Assembly (NCBI GenBank): GCA_043228905.1
Contig: JBHGNT010000003.1
Span: forward strand, 7,998,001-8,062,000
Source: Azolla caroliniana
Taxonomy: Eukaryota > Plantae > Polypodiophyta
Length of the DNA: 64,000 bases
Reading direction: 5' to 3'
Every line of letters starts with the position of its first letter. Within the stretch, counting starts at the first letter, position 1. The notes below the pieces were generated by a model. It saw only the letters and a program-made list of their open reading frames with translations, made no database searches and had not been told where the DNA came from. This document shows, in pieces, positions 38,760 to 50,426 of the stretch. A program made the position numbers and the translations under genes.

Positions 38760-40809
38760 CCGTGAAGATCACCATTGATTCCACAACCTTTGGGTTTACG
38801 CACCCGATTTCCTCCGGTGAGAATGCGAAAGCCTTCCCGTGTCTCCCGAGCATTCTTCGACACCGGTCCTCTTCCACCGGTAGTACAAAAACCACCCCCA
38901 CCGATCTTGAGCTCCCGTAGCGTTATGTCGGTGAACGTGTGTCCTATGCTGGCCGGATCTCGCAAACTCGGGTCCGACGCGACCCCCTTTATCCGTAACT
39001 CCCTATCCTCCTGCAAGGGTGCCGCGACTGGCTTTACCTTCCAGTCCACAGTCTTGTACTTCGTATCTACTCGGGCCGTCCGATCCGACTTGAGTCCTCT
39101 ACTGAAGTCGGCGATGACTTTGTACATCCGTTCTGAATATACCGGAATCGTCTGGTCCTCATTAAGGCCTTCTCCGAACACCTCCTGTAACTTCCTCAAG
39201 GTGTCGTCGAGAGAGACCGCCTCCACGGCTCCGTTGATTTCCTCTTCAGGGCCGAGGACTCCCCATGCCCGAAGTCGCTTCTCCGCCCGCTTCTTTTCCC
39301 GGTCTACTACGCCGGCTATTGTACAACCTCCGCTATCGGAGAACCAAAATCTTCTACCTATGGTACAAGTCTTTTCGCCTATAGTACATCTGTGGTGTTT
39401 GTCCGGGGTGTCCGGACTATCGCGACCCCACGCCTTGATAGCCCTCTCTAAAAATCCCCTCGGTTTTCGGCACCGAGGGTCTCGCGGTTACGCTCATGGT
39501 TCGGTCGCACCGTTAGGAACTGGACCGAGTGACGCCCATCCTGGCTCTTGACTCGCGCATATGCAAAACCGTTGTCCAGCACCTTTGTTTCCATGCACGC
39601 CGCCGTGATGTACGGTTCTCCGAGTATCACCGGATGCAAGGACATCTCCTCCACAAAGAAGTGTTAGTCGATCTCGACATCGCCGATTTTCACTCGCACA
39701 TTCGGGCATGCTCCGTGTAGCTCCTCCGTGGCGCGCGTTGCTGCCCGTATCTTCCACCCGTGTTTGGTGTTGATCGGCCACTTTCCCTTCTTGTAGAAGT
39801 CCATGGACATCAGGTTGATCTCCGAATCGTGGTCTACCAACGCTACCACCGGCTCCTGAACGTCCCCGATCCAAACAGGGGTTTCCGTAGTGGCCCTAGG
39901 TCAAAGTAGCCTCGAGTAGTGGCTTTCCGCCAACTCGTCCTCCAGGGCCATGTCTTCTAGGTGCGTTGTCCGCACCTCCACCAGCTTCTCCGGCTTCGGC
40001 TCCGTTGAAAGCCTTTTCCGCTTCACTAGGTCTACGATGGAGTCGTGGAACTCCTTGGCGATACTGAGCACTTCCCTCAACGACAGCTCCACTTTGCTAT
40101 CGAGGATTTGTTCCTCCAGGACCTTTCGTAGGTCTGTGGTCCTTTTGATCTCCATGCTCAACCAATAACCGGCCATCCTGGCCTTGTTCGGTGCGCCGGA
40201 TGCACCTACATCACTCTGCTTCGGCCCGAACCGGGTCTCATACCGTTGCGAGGGTCCGGCCCCCCCGGTCTTTCCCGCTCACTTGTCTTCCACCAGAACC
40301 TCGTAGTTCTGGCACGCGGCTTCCACGAAGCCCGTCTTCTCTTCGACCAGGTCACTGCACCTGGTTACCTCCCAGACCCGTCTTTCCGCGCGGTCCGCTT
40401 CCTCTTTCCTCAGTCGTACGCCGGCGAGGCCTTCCAGCACCAGCGGCCAGAATCCGGCTTCCTTCGTCTTCCAGACTTCATCACTTCTGACCCGGTGTCG
40501 TGTGAATCTTCTCACACTATGTAAAAAAATAATGAAATAATTATTATAGATTAGATTAGTGGCTTACTATAGAAAGATGGATATACTCAATAACTTCAAA
40601 ACGTATTTTACTATATACAAAATGGAGAAATACATATCAAGTTATGTGAAAATAAAGTTTGAGAAAATAGGGAAATTAGAACTATCCCACATAGATAGGA
40701 AAGTTAAGGCCCTGGCTATATAAGCACCTTGAGCTTCATCATTTTTTCATTTGTGCTAAGAGCACTTTGGCCACTTTAACTTAATGGATAATGGTGGCCA
40801 AATTCCCTA

Positions 40810-41175
40810 AATCCGGAACCTGGCCGGTAAACAAATTCGGAAATCGGCCGGTAAGCAGAACCGGAAACCGGTCGGTATGCAAACCGGAAACCGGCTGGTA
40901 TGCAAATCCAAAAACCGGAAACCGGTCGGTAAGCAAATCTGGAAACCGGCCGGTATGCAAACTGGAAACCGGCCGGTATACAAAACTGGAACCGGCATGC
41001 AAACCGGAATCGGTCGGTAAGCAAAACCGGAACCGGAACCGGCAAGCAAACTGGAACCGGCCGACAAGCAAAACCGGAACTAGAATCGGCAAGCAAACCG
41101 GAACCGGCCGACAAGCAAAATGGAACCGGTCGACGAGGGATTTGGCGATCGGGCGGAACCGGCGACGGTACCAGG
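40810..41175. repeat. ACCGG-rich minisatellite inside the solo LTR
   Basis: Degenerate ~23-25-bp units such as AAACCGGAAACCGGTCGGTAAGC. Confidence 0.85.
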
Positions 41176-41464
41176 TTGGACGCAAATCGAACGGATAAAA
41201 GGATCATGTGGCTATTTAAAGAAAGGTAAAAGAGACTAAAGTAAAGGTCAAGTGGACGGTCGCATGCAACTAAAGATAAAGCCATGCAACTAAAAATAGA
41301 TTCAACGAAAAGAAAAACTATGCAACAAAAAGTAGAGGCCATGCAACAAAAAGTGGAAAGGCTATGATCAAGGGAGAACTATATATATATTCCATTTTCT
41401 TTTCTTACACTCATACTCTCCATATTATCTTAATTTTTTTCCTTTTCTTTGGGAGCTCTCTTAT

Positions 41465-41612
41465 CTTAGGGAAGCCATAACTCTCATAAACCCTAAAATT
41501 CCCTACGGAAGCCATAACACTCAAAAACCCTAATCTTCCCTACGGAAGCCATAATACTCATATAACCTAATCCTAATCTTCCCTACGGAAGCCATATCTC
41601 TCAAAACCCCTA
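41465..41612. repeat. Tandem CCCTAA..CCCTACGGAAGCCATA units inside the solo LTR
   Basis: GGAAGCCATA occurs four times at roughly 38-45-bp spacing. Confidence 0.8.
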
Positions 41613-43356
41613 ATTTTTCTTTTCTATTAATCTTAGTAAACCTAAAACTTCTAAATCCCAATCTTGGGACATATTGTAATTTCTTTTTCCTTTGTTAATG
41701 AAAATTATTAAATTTCTTCTTTCTGTTAATTGTTAAAAATATAAACGCACTAATGTGATATCTTCCGGTCGGAGGCCCCGGGGTCCTGCCTCAAAGTTCG
41801 CGTATCCTCGTCGTATTTTCGCGACACCGGATCCCAGCCGACACCGAGTAGTGGACGGTCTCTGCGTGAAGAGCCGCCGCTTCTTCCATCAGCCGTTTCA
41901 TACCCCCTCGTCCGACATTCCGATCCAGGGCCCTCCGGGTTTCGCTAGCGTGCACCCGACCATTCCATAGGTACACCACATTAGCTCTTATCGCTTCGGC
42001 AAAACCCCGCAGTCCTTTCGGGCGTGGCCGACTGCGTCGCACCACAAGCATCGGTTCCCAGCCGAAGGCCTTCGGTCGTGGACTTGTTCGCCGTCGTTCC
42101 TACGTGCTTGCGCGATCTGGAGGTCCCTCACCATCTGAGTCAACTCCTGCAGAGCCGCTCCTCCGGACGAGCCTTTGACCATCCCGGTCGAAGTCGAGCC
42201 GGTCTCGAGCCAATCTCGGGTCTCTTCCCTTCGCACCGGTGGGGGTACCTCGACCTTCCTTGTCGCAACAGAACCCGCCCCCGTCAAGCCTTTATCAACC
42301 CACTCACGCTGTTTGTCAAAACGGCCGCAGACTCTCTTTACCACGGCCCAGTTGGTTGTTAGGTCGTCGTCGGTCTCCAGAAGGAAGCCCACTTGCTGTC
42401 GGTCCCTTGCGTCCACCGATTTAACGAACAATAGGACACGACTCGTGTCCAGCACGGTCCGGTCCAGCACCGAAAGTCGTGCGAAGCGTTGTCGAGATAT
42501 TAAGCAAGTGCGTGCGGAAACGAGGCGGGACCGCGGGGATCTCGAACCAAAGAGCAAGCGAGGGAAGAGAAAGAGAGAGAACCGGCTACGCAGGACCGGG
42601 GATACACAGGGACACGGCCCTTCAGCACGGAGAACGCGAACAGACACCGACACAGACAGATGCGAATGACTAAATATGTATATTAAGAAAAATGGCTAAC
42701 ACGACTACAACCCTCGATGGGGCACAGGTTGGTTACAACCGAACAGGCCGGCGAACAGATGCCGATGCCTGTTCGCTTCGACGCACAAAGGGGTAGCAGG
42801 TCGGTCGGAGGTGCTGCCGGAAGCACTCGGGCGTTCCTCGAAACAGCGCGAGCCTCCTCGGAACCCTGCACAGAAAGCTATGGAGCTCAAGAAGGAAGGA
42901 AACAGAGAGAGAAGCGTCCAGAAACGGTCCGACAGCACTTCGTCCTCTCTGCGCGAGATGCCTGCAACAGCTCTTTCCTCCTCCTTATATAGGCCGACGA
43001 GCAGGCCGTCATGTCAGCTTTATTCCCTGTCCCTTTTGGACAGGGATCCGCTCCGTCCTTCACGCGTCCGCGTAGTTACGCCGCCGACTCGTACAGTTCC
43101 TTCGCTCGCGCGCGCGACCGAAAAGACTGTTCGCGCAGTCTTTGTCTCCACTTGTGTTAGGGCCCGTTCCTGCCGATTATCCTTCTAATTCGCTTCTATG
43201 TACAACTTGGAGCTTGCGCGCGTGAAGAACCGGTTCCCACGCCTGGGTGCGCCGATTCCGCCTATGGACGGTTTTCTTCACGACATCCGCCCCCACCTAA
43301 CCGCGCATCCTCCGGTATGCGCCAAGAGAGTTGGGACGGAGAAAACCGGCCCGTCT

Positions 43357-46300
43357 TCATTCCTCGCCCGTCGGTTCTTCCTCGTTTTCGGATCGTTCGT
43401 CACTGCCGACTAGGAGAGCCGGGTCTGGCTCGTCGTCGTGTCGCTTCTTGAACGCTTTGATCCGCTTCCCTGCAACCGGTATCGCCACTCTCGTGCCGTC
43501 GAGTTCCGCCAGGTGATATGTCCCGTTGTCATTGGCGCTCCGTACCACGTAAGGCCCGAACCACCTTCGTGCGAACTTCCGTGTGGCTCGGTGCTGGTTG
43601 TCGAGGCTGCTGTCGTAGACCAGCACCCAGTCACCTTCTTCGATTTTCTTCGGTCGGAGCCGGTGCGTTCGGTCGAACCTGGCTTTGTTCTTTGTCCTCG
43701 CCACCCGGAGCTTCTCCGCAGCCAGTTCCACGTCCTCCGGTCTCCGCTCGAGTTGTCGTATACGCGCGGCCAACAACTCCTCCCGGCTCATCTCGTCCCT
43801 CCAATCGACCGTTGCCCATGAGGAGATCGTCCGTTCCATCGGCATGATCGGCTTCTGGCCGAACATGAGCTCCGTCGGCATGTACCCGGTTACCGAACTG
43901 TGCGTAGTCATGTCCGCCCACAAAGCATAAGGTAGCAGCCACGGCCAGTTACCGACTCGGCCTCCGCATGCTCGAACCAGCGCCTTGACAATCGGCCCGT
44001 GTCCGCGCTCCACCTTTCCATTCGCCTCCGGATTGTACGCAGTGGTGAGCGAGAGCTTGACTCCCAGCCGGTCCAACAACTCCGCGGCTTCTTCGGCGTC
44101 CAACTCCCCTCGGTCAGCCACGATCTTCCCGACGCACCCGTACCGGCATATCACGTCCTCGATTAGGAACCGACATACGGCCGCGGTCGTTTTGTTCGGA
44201 AGGGCCCGGCCTTCCACCTGGTTCGTCAGATCCTCCCGCGCTAGGACCAGGTACCGCATCTGTCCCACTCCCATTGGCATCGTTACCAGATCTACCATCC
44301 ATTTGAAATGAATGGCCGGAGGGTACGTAGGGTGAAGCTCGTCTCGATGTCGGACTATGGAGTGCATCTGACAGCTCTCGCAAGTTGTCACGAACCGATG
44401 CACGTCCTGGTACTGCCCCGGCCACCAATACTTCCCCTTCAGTTTCTCAAACGTAGCCCATGTTCCACGGTGTCCAGCCCAAGGGCTGTCGTGGTAGGCC
44501 GCTAGCAGCTCCTCCTGATCTTCCTTCATTGCCACCACCCGGAGCGGGACGCCGTTCCTCTTCTTCGGGTGCTTCCACAAGTATCCATCCCGGAGAAAGA
44601 ACCGGTACGCTTTCTTCCGGATCCGGTTGGCCTCGTCCTTCGTCCATGACGCATCGAGCGTCATTGTCTTCAAAAACCCACCGATCTGCAGCCACTCCCC
44701 GTCGTACTTGCTCGCGTCGAAGTCGTTAAGCGCCGAAGTGCTTGTTCCGTCGGTTGTCACATACGCAGTCTCAAAGAAGTCCACGCCGACCTCTTCGTCC
44801 TCCGAAACCATGCCGCCCTCGTCATCGAATCTCGCCCTTGAAAGCATGTCGGCCATGGCGTTGTCTTTCCCGGAAATGTGTCGTATTCCCGGGTCCAGGG
44901 ACTTGATGTACGCTATCCCCCTGAGCATTGCCAAGTCCGGCGTCGCGCATCCGGAAACCATGCCGAGAATCGGCATGCAATCCGTCTCTATGATTACCTC
45001 TGTCCCGATCAGATAGTCCTTGTCGGCCTTCACCGCCGAAACGATACCCTAGAGTTCGCGTTTAACCTGGGCGTATCCTCGCTGCCGCTCACTGAGGACC
45101 TTCGCGCCGAATCGGATCGGAAACCGATTGCCGTCCTCGTCTTCTTGGTTGACGACCCACCCGATTCCAGTCGGACTCGTGTCAACCGTTATGTACACTG
45201 GGGTGCCCTTCCTGTAGACGGCCTTTCGGAGCGCCGGTGCTGCCGAAAGAGCCTCCTTCAGCTTCCGGACCGACTCCGTGTGCTTGTCTAGCCATTCGAA
45301 TCTTCGCCCTTTCTTCAATAATCCGTATAGCGGCTCCGCAACGTGGGCGTAATGCGGGATCCATATGTGGTAGAATGCGCATGCCCCCAGGAATCTTCGT
45401 ACTTCCGTGACCGAGCTGCAGTCGGGCTTCATCGCGGAGATGGCTTCTACCTTTGCCGGAGACGGTTTCCGGCCATATGGCCCACATAAGTGTCCGACCA
45501 CCATGATTTCCGACTGCCCGAAGGCTGATTTCTCCCCCGAGAAGGTGAGCCTCGCATCCTCTAGCCTTTGCAGCACCTTCTCGCAGTCGTCGATGTGCGT
45601 CATCACAAATCGCCGGCATCCGTCCGGCCCGATCGTCTCGTCCTTCTCTTCTACCGGGCATCCCTTGATCGGGATGTCGTCTAGAAACGGCATGGTGATG
45701 TCCGGGATGCAGTCCCTCAGCACCTTGTTCATCCCATTCACCATGTGGGCCACCGAGTTGGTCCCTCCTTGCGGCAGCGTACACATCCGCACTAGGCCGA
45801 GGGGAGTTCGCATCGTCGTAATGTCTCTGCTCTCCACGGCTAGCTGGAACTGGTCGTACCCTGAGTATAGATCACCGACCGAGTAAATCGACCTTCCGGC
45901 GAAGGCCTCCGCGAACTCGTCTATGGTCGGTCCGATCCCTGCGTTCCGAATGGTCACTCTATTGACCGGCTGCAGGTCCTGAATGAAGCGCAATGATCCG
46001 TTTTTCTTTGGTACAGTAAACCAGCGGTTTGAATACGGGGCGCTCGACGGCTCGAGAATGCCCATAGCAACTTTCTGCTTCAACAGCTCCATCAACTTCG
46101 GGATGTGAGCTCTCGGAACCGAAATTGGCTTGAGATTCCACGGTACATGCGGTACCGTGAATATCACCATCGGCTCTACGATCGTCGGGTCCACGCACCC
46201 GATTTCCTCCGGCGAGAATGCGAAGGCTTTCCCGTGCCTTCCGAGCATTCTCCGAAACCGGTCTTCCTCCGCCGGCAGTAGGAACCCGCCCCCACCGATC

Positions 46301-46845
46301 TTCAGTTCGCGGAGCGTCTCGTTGGTGAAGGTGTGTCCTATGCAGGCCGGATCTTGTAAGCTGGGGTCCGATGCAACCCCTTTGATTCGGGATTCGCTGC
46401 CCTCCGGTAAGGGCGCCGCAACTGGCCTCACCTTCCGGTCCACAGTCTTGTACTTGGTGCTAACTCGGGCCGTCCGTTCCGACTCGAGCCCTCGACCGAA
46501 GTCCGCGATGACTTCGTACATTTCTTCGGAACATACCGGTATCGTCCGGTCTTCGTTAAGGTCTTCTTCGACTACCTTCCCCAGCATTCCCAAGGTGTCG
46601 TCGAAGGAGACTGCCTCCACGGCTCCGTTGATTCCTTCGTTAGGGCCGAGAACTCCGCACGCCCGAAGTCTCCCCTCCGTCTTTGTTTTCTCTCGGCCGG
46701 TGATGCCGACCATCGTACATGCTCCGCTGTCGGAGAAGCAAAATTTCCTACCTATTGTACACGGTTTTATCGTACAGATGTGGGGTTTTTCCGGAGCATC
46801 CGGACTGTCGCGGCCCCACGCCTTGGCAGTCCTCTCTAAAAATCC
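43357..46845 (-). pseudogene. G4 Pol (linker-RT-RH-IN), -1 frame relative to Gag-PR, one nonsense codon
   Basis: Open from the slippery site (GFLERTAKAWGRD..) through RT (DLYSGYDQ, LPQGGTNS, FLDD) to a TAG at 45049 (W in other copies), then RH and IN to 43357; no chromodomain seen. Confidence 0.9.
46780..46845 (-). promoter_or_regulatory. Putative -1 programmed ribosomal frameshift signal
   Basis: G GAT TTT TAG, 6-nt spacer, stem GGACTGCC/GACAGTCC, loop GTGGGG complementary to downstream CCCCAC. Confidence 0.75.
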
Positions 46846-48961
46846 TCTCGGTTTTCGGAACCGAGGGAATCGCGGTTACGTTCGTGGTTCGGCCGTACCG
46901 TCAGAAACTGGACCGAATGGCGCCCGTCTTGGCTTTTGACCCTCGCGTAGGCCGAACCATTGTCCAACACTTTGGTCTCCATTCGCGCCGCCGTGATGTA
47001 CGGCTCTCCCAGAATGACCGGATGCGAAGACGTCTCCTGCACGAAGAAGTGCTGGTCAATCTCGACGTCGCCGATCTTGACTCGCACATTCGGACAGGCC
47101 CCGTGCAGTTCCTCGGTGGCGCGCGTTGCTGCCCTTATTTTCCACCCGTGCTTGGTGTTGATCGGCCATTTGCCCTTCTTATAGAAGTCCATGGACATCA
47201 AATTGATCTCCGATCCGTGGTCCACCAAAGCTATCACCGGTTCCTGGACATCGCCGATCTTCACCGGGGTTTCCGTGGTCGCTCGGGCCCAGTGTGGTCT
47301 CGAATAGTGGCTTTCCGCCCACTCGTCTCCCAGCGCCATGTCGTCTAGGTGCGTCGTCCGCACTTCCACCGGTCTCTCCGGTTCTGTCTCCGTTGACAGC
47401 CTCTTCCGTTTCACCAAGTCCACGATGGAGTCATGGAACTCCTTCTTGGTGATTCCCAGCACCTCTCGTAACGACAGCTCCACCTTGCTGTCGAGGATCC
47501 GTTCCTCCAGGACCTTTCGTAAGTCCGTGGTCCTTTCTATCTCCGTCCCCAGACGGTACCCGCCCTTCTGGGGTTTATCTTGCGTACTGGCCCCGCCGAC
47601 TTCGTCCCGTCGTGGGCCGGACCGGGTCTCGTATCGTTGTGAGGGCCCGGTCGTCCCGGGTTTCCCCACCCACTTCTCTTCTACCAGAGCCTCGTAGTTC
47701 TGGCAAGCAGCTTCCACGAAGCCCGTCTTTTCCTCGACCGGGTCGCTCCACCCGGTCATCTCCCGTACCCGTTTCTCCGCACGGTCCGATTCCTCCCTTT
47801 TAAGCCTTGCACCGGCAAGGCCTTCCAGCATCGTCGGCCAGAATCCGGCTTTGCTTTCCCTTCGGGCCTCGCCGCCCCCGACTCGAATGCCGGCCGACGC
47901 CGAGTAGTGGACGGTTTCCGCGTGTCGGGCCGCCGCCTCTTCCATCAACCTTTTCATACCACCTCGCCCGTCGTTTCGGCTCAGGGCCCTTCGGGTGTCG
48001 CTGGCATGCACCCGTCCTTCCCACAGGTACACCACCCTGTTCCTCAGCGCCTCCGCGAAGTCGCCGCAGTCCTTCCGAATGTGGCCGACTTCATCGCACC
48101 ACATGCACCTGTTTCCTGCCGCCGGCCGTCGGTCACGAGCCGGTTCGCCACCTTCCCTTCGGGCTTGCGCAATTTGGAGGTCCTTTATCGCCCTCGTCAA
48201 TTCCTCCAGCGCCGCTCCTCCGGTTGAGCCTCTGACTACGCCGGTCGAAGCCGAACCGGTTTCCAACCACTCTCGGGTCTCTTCCTTTCGCACCTGTGGC
48301 GCTGGTTCGAGCTTCCTTGCTGCGACCGAGCCCGACCCGGCTGCCCCGTTATCCGCCCATTCTCGCCGTTTGTCGAAACGGCCACAGACTTTCTTGACAG
48401 CCGCCCAGTCGGTAGTGAGCCCGTCTTCGGTTTCCAGCAAGAGGCCCACTTGCTCCCGATCCTTCTCGTCAACCGACTTGACAAACAGCAAGACCCGGCT
48501 CGTGTCCAGGATGGTTCGGTCGAGCGCCGAAAGGCGCGCAAAGTTTTCCTCGAACTCCCAGAGGAGTGCCACGCGTTTCTTCCCTTCCCCGGGGACTCCA
48601 CCCATTCCATGAACCTTCGCTTCGAAAGCCGGAGCGCGTCGTCCAGCCCGTATTTCTCTAGGAGCCGACCTTCGAACTCCTCCCAGGTACGGCTCTCCGC
48701 TCGCACCTCGAGCACCTCCGCATGGATGCTCGACATCGCCACTCGGGGAAATCCGGCAAGACGCCTTTCTTCCGGAATGTCCCGCATCAGCATCTCTGCA
48801 CCGTAGGACGCCAAATACTTCGTGGCATCCTTCCCATCGAACCGGCCGATCGTGCTGACGACCGCCTCAATAGCTCTGTCGAGGGCACCGGTGCCCTCGC
48901 GCACGTTTACAATCCGATCCACGGCCGAAGCCATGGCCTCTGCAAGATCCGACCCCCTCAT
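46836..48961 (-). pseudogene. G4 Gag-protease ORF with one frameshift near 48571
   Basis: MRGSDLAEA start, CMWCDEVGHIRKDC knuckle, ALVDHGSEINLM protease, ends NREDF*; 1-nt deletion relative to A1 and A2. Confidence 0.9.
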
Positions 48962-48983
48962 CTTCTGCTCTTCTGCCGCCTCT

Positions 48984-49001
48984 TTCACGTCGGGTTCACC
49001 A
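48984..49001 (-). promoter_or_regulatory. Primer binding site, tRNA-Trp
   Basis: TGGTGAACCCGACGTGAA is complementary to the plant tRNA-Trp 3' end (TTCACGTCGGGTTCACCA); identical in four copies. Confidence 0.88.
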
Positions 49002-50426
49002 AAGATGTCGAGATATTAAGCAAGTGCGTACGGAAACGAGGTGGGACCGCGGGGATCTCGAACCAAAGAGCAAGCGAGGGAGGAGAAAGAGAGAGAACCG
49101 GCTACGCAGGACCGGGGATACACAGGGACACGGCCCTTCAGCACGGAGAACGCGAACAGACACCGACACAGACAGATGCGAATGACTAAATATGTATATT
49201 AAGAAAAATGGCTAACACGACTACAACCCTCGATGGGGCACAGGTTGGTTACAACCGAACAGGCCGGCGAACAGATGCCGATGCCTGTTCGCTTCGACGC
49301 ACAAAGGGGTAGCAGGTCGGTCGGAGGTGCTGCCGGAAGCACTCGGGCGTTCCTCGAAACAGCGCGAGCCTCCTCGGAACCCTGCACAGAAAGCTATGGA
49401 GCTCAAGAAGGAAGGAAACAGAGAGAGAAGCGTCCAGAAACGGTCCGACAGTACTTCGTCCTCTCTGCGCGAGATGCCTGCAACAGCTCTTTCCTCCTCC
49501 TTATATAGGCCGACGAGCAGGCCGTCATGTCAGCTTTATTCCCTGTCCCTTTTGGACAGGGATCCGCTCCGTCCTTCACGCGTCCGCGTAGTTACGTCGC
49601 CGACTCGTACAGTTCCTTCGCTCGCGCGCGCGACCAAAAAGACTGTTCGCGCGGTCTTTGTCTCCACTTGTGTTAGGGCCCGTTCCTGCCGATTATCCTC
49701 CTAATTTGCTTCTATGTACAACTTGGAGCTTGCGCGCGTGAAGAACCGGTTCCCACGCCTGGGTGCGCCGATTCCGCCTATGGACGGTTTTCTTCACGAC
49801 AGCGTTCTTCAAACTCCCGAAGGAGCACCGACACGTTTCTCCCCTTTGCGGGGGTCTCCACCCATTCCATGAAGTCCCACTTCGACAGCCGAAGCGCGTC
49901 ATCAAGCCCGTATTTTTCAATGAGCTGACCTTCGAACTCTTCCCAGGTCCGGCTCTCCGCCCGTACCTCAAGCACCTCCGCATCGCCACCCGAGGGAATC
50001 CGGCCAGTCGCCTGTCCTCCGGGATGTCCCTCATCACCATTTCGGCTCGGTAGGCCTCCAAATAGCTCGTGGCGTCCTTCCCAACGAACCGGCGTATTGT
50101 GCCAACGACCGTTTCAATGGCCCTATCGAGGGCACCTGTGCCTTCGCACGCACTCACTATCTGATCCACAGCCGAAGCCATGGCTTCTGCAAGATCTGAC
50201 CCTCTCATCTTTCTATTCCTCTGCCACCTGTTCACGTCGGGTTCACCAAATATGTTGCGTTGTTACGCGCGTGCGTGTAGAACGAGGCGGGACCACTGGG
50301 GCCTCAGACTGAGAAATAACCGAATGAGGGGAGGGGAAGGAAACTGACGATGTAATTCACATGCGCGGGGACCCACAGAATCACAGGAATTGCAACTAGC
50401 TATAGAACACGAGATGGAGACAGAAC

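Larger units (their letters stand above)
40496..41826 (+). mobile_element. Large solo LTR (1331 bp) of the TGTCG..CGACA group
   Basis: TSD CCGG (40492-40495 and 41827-41830); host gag resumes across it; GGTCCTGCCTC near the 3' end resembles the motif in the other LTRs of this group. Confidence 0.88.
42490..49801 (-). mobile_element. Full-length gypsy element G4 (tRNA-Trp group)
   Basis: 796-bp LTRs 42490-43285 and 49006-49801 (about 9 transitions by eye), TSD GCGT, PBS 48984-49001, PPT 43286-43300. Confidence 0.96.
23594..50426 (-). mobile_element. Host Ty3/gypsy element B (tRNA-Trp group) split by nested insertions
   Basis: 3' LTR 23594-24261, truncated 5' LTR 50253-50426 of the same sequence type, PBS 50231-50248. 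Collinear pieces: gag 49802-50230 and 41827-42489, gag-PR-linker 38760-40495, RT 32522-32667, RH-IN 24262-26355. Confidence 0.8.

Noticed and set aside
40776-41342. Repetitive ORFs on both strands
   Set aside because: By-products of the ACCGG minisatellite within a solo LTR.
41490-41645. AAACCCTAA motifs as an interstitial telomere
   Set aside because: Isolated motifs within longer repeat units, not a tandem telomeric array.
48984-49001. tRNA-Trp 3'-end sequence as a tRNA gene
   Set aside because: Only 18 nt including CCA, adjacent to an LTR; it is a PBS.
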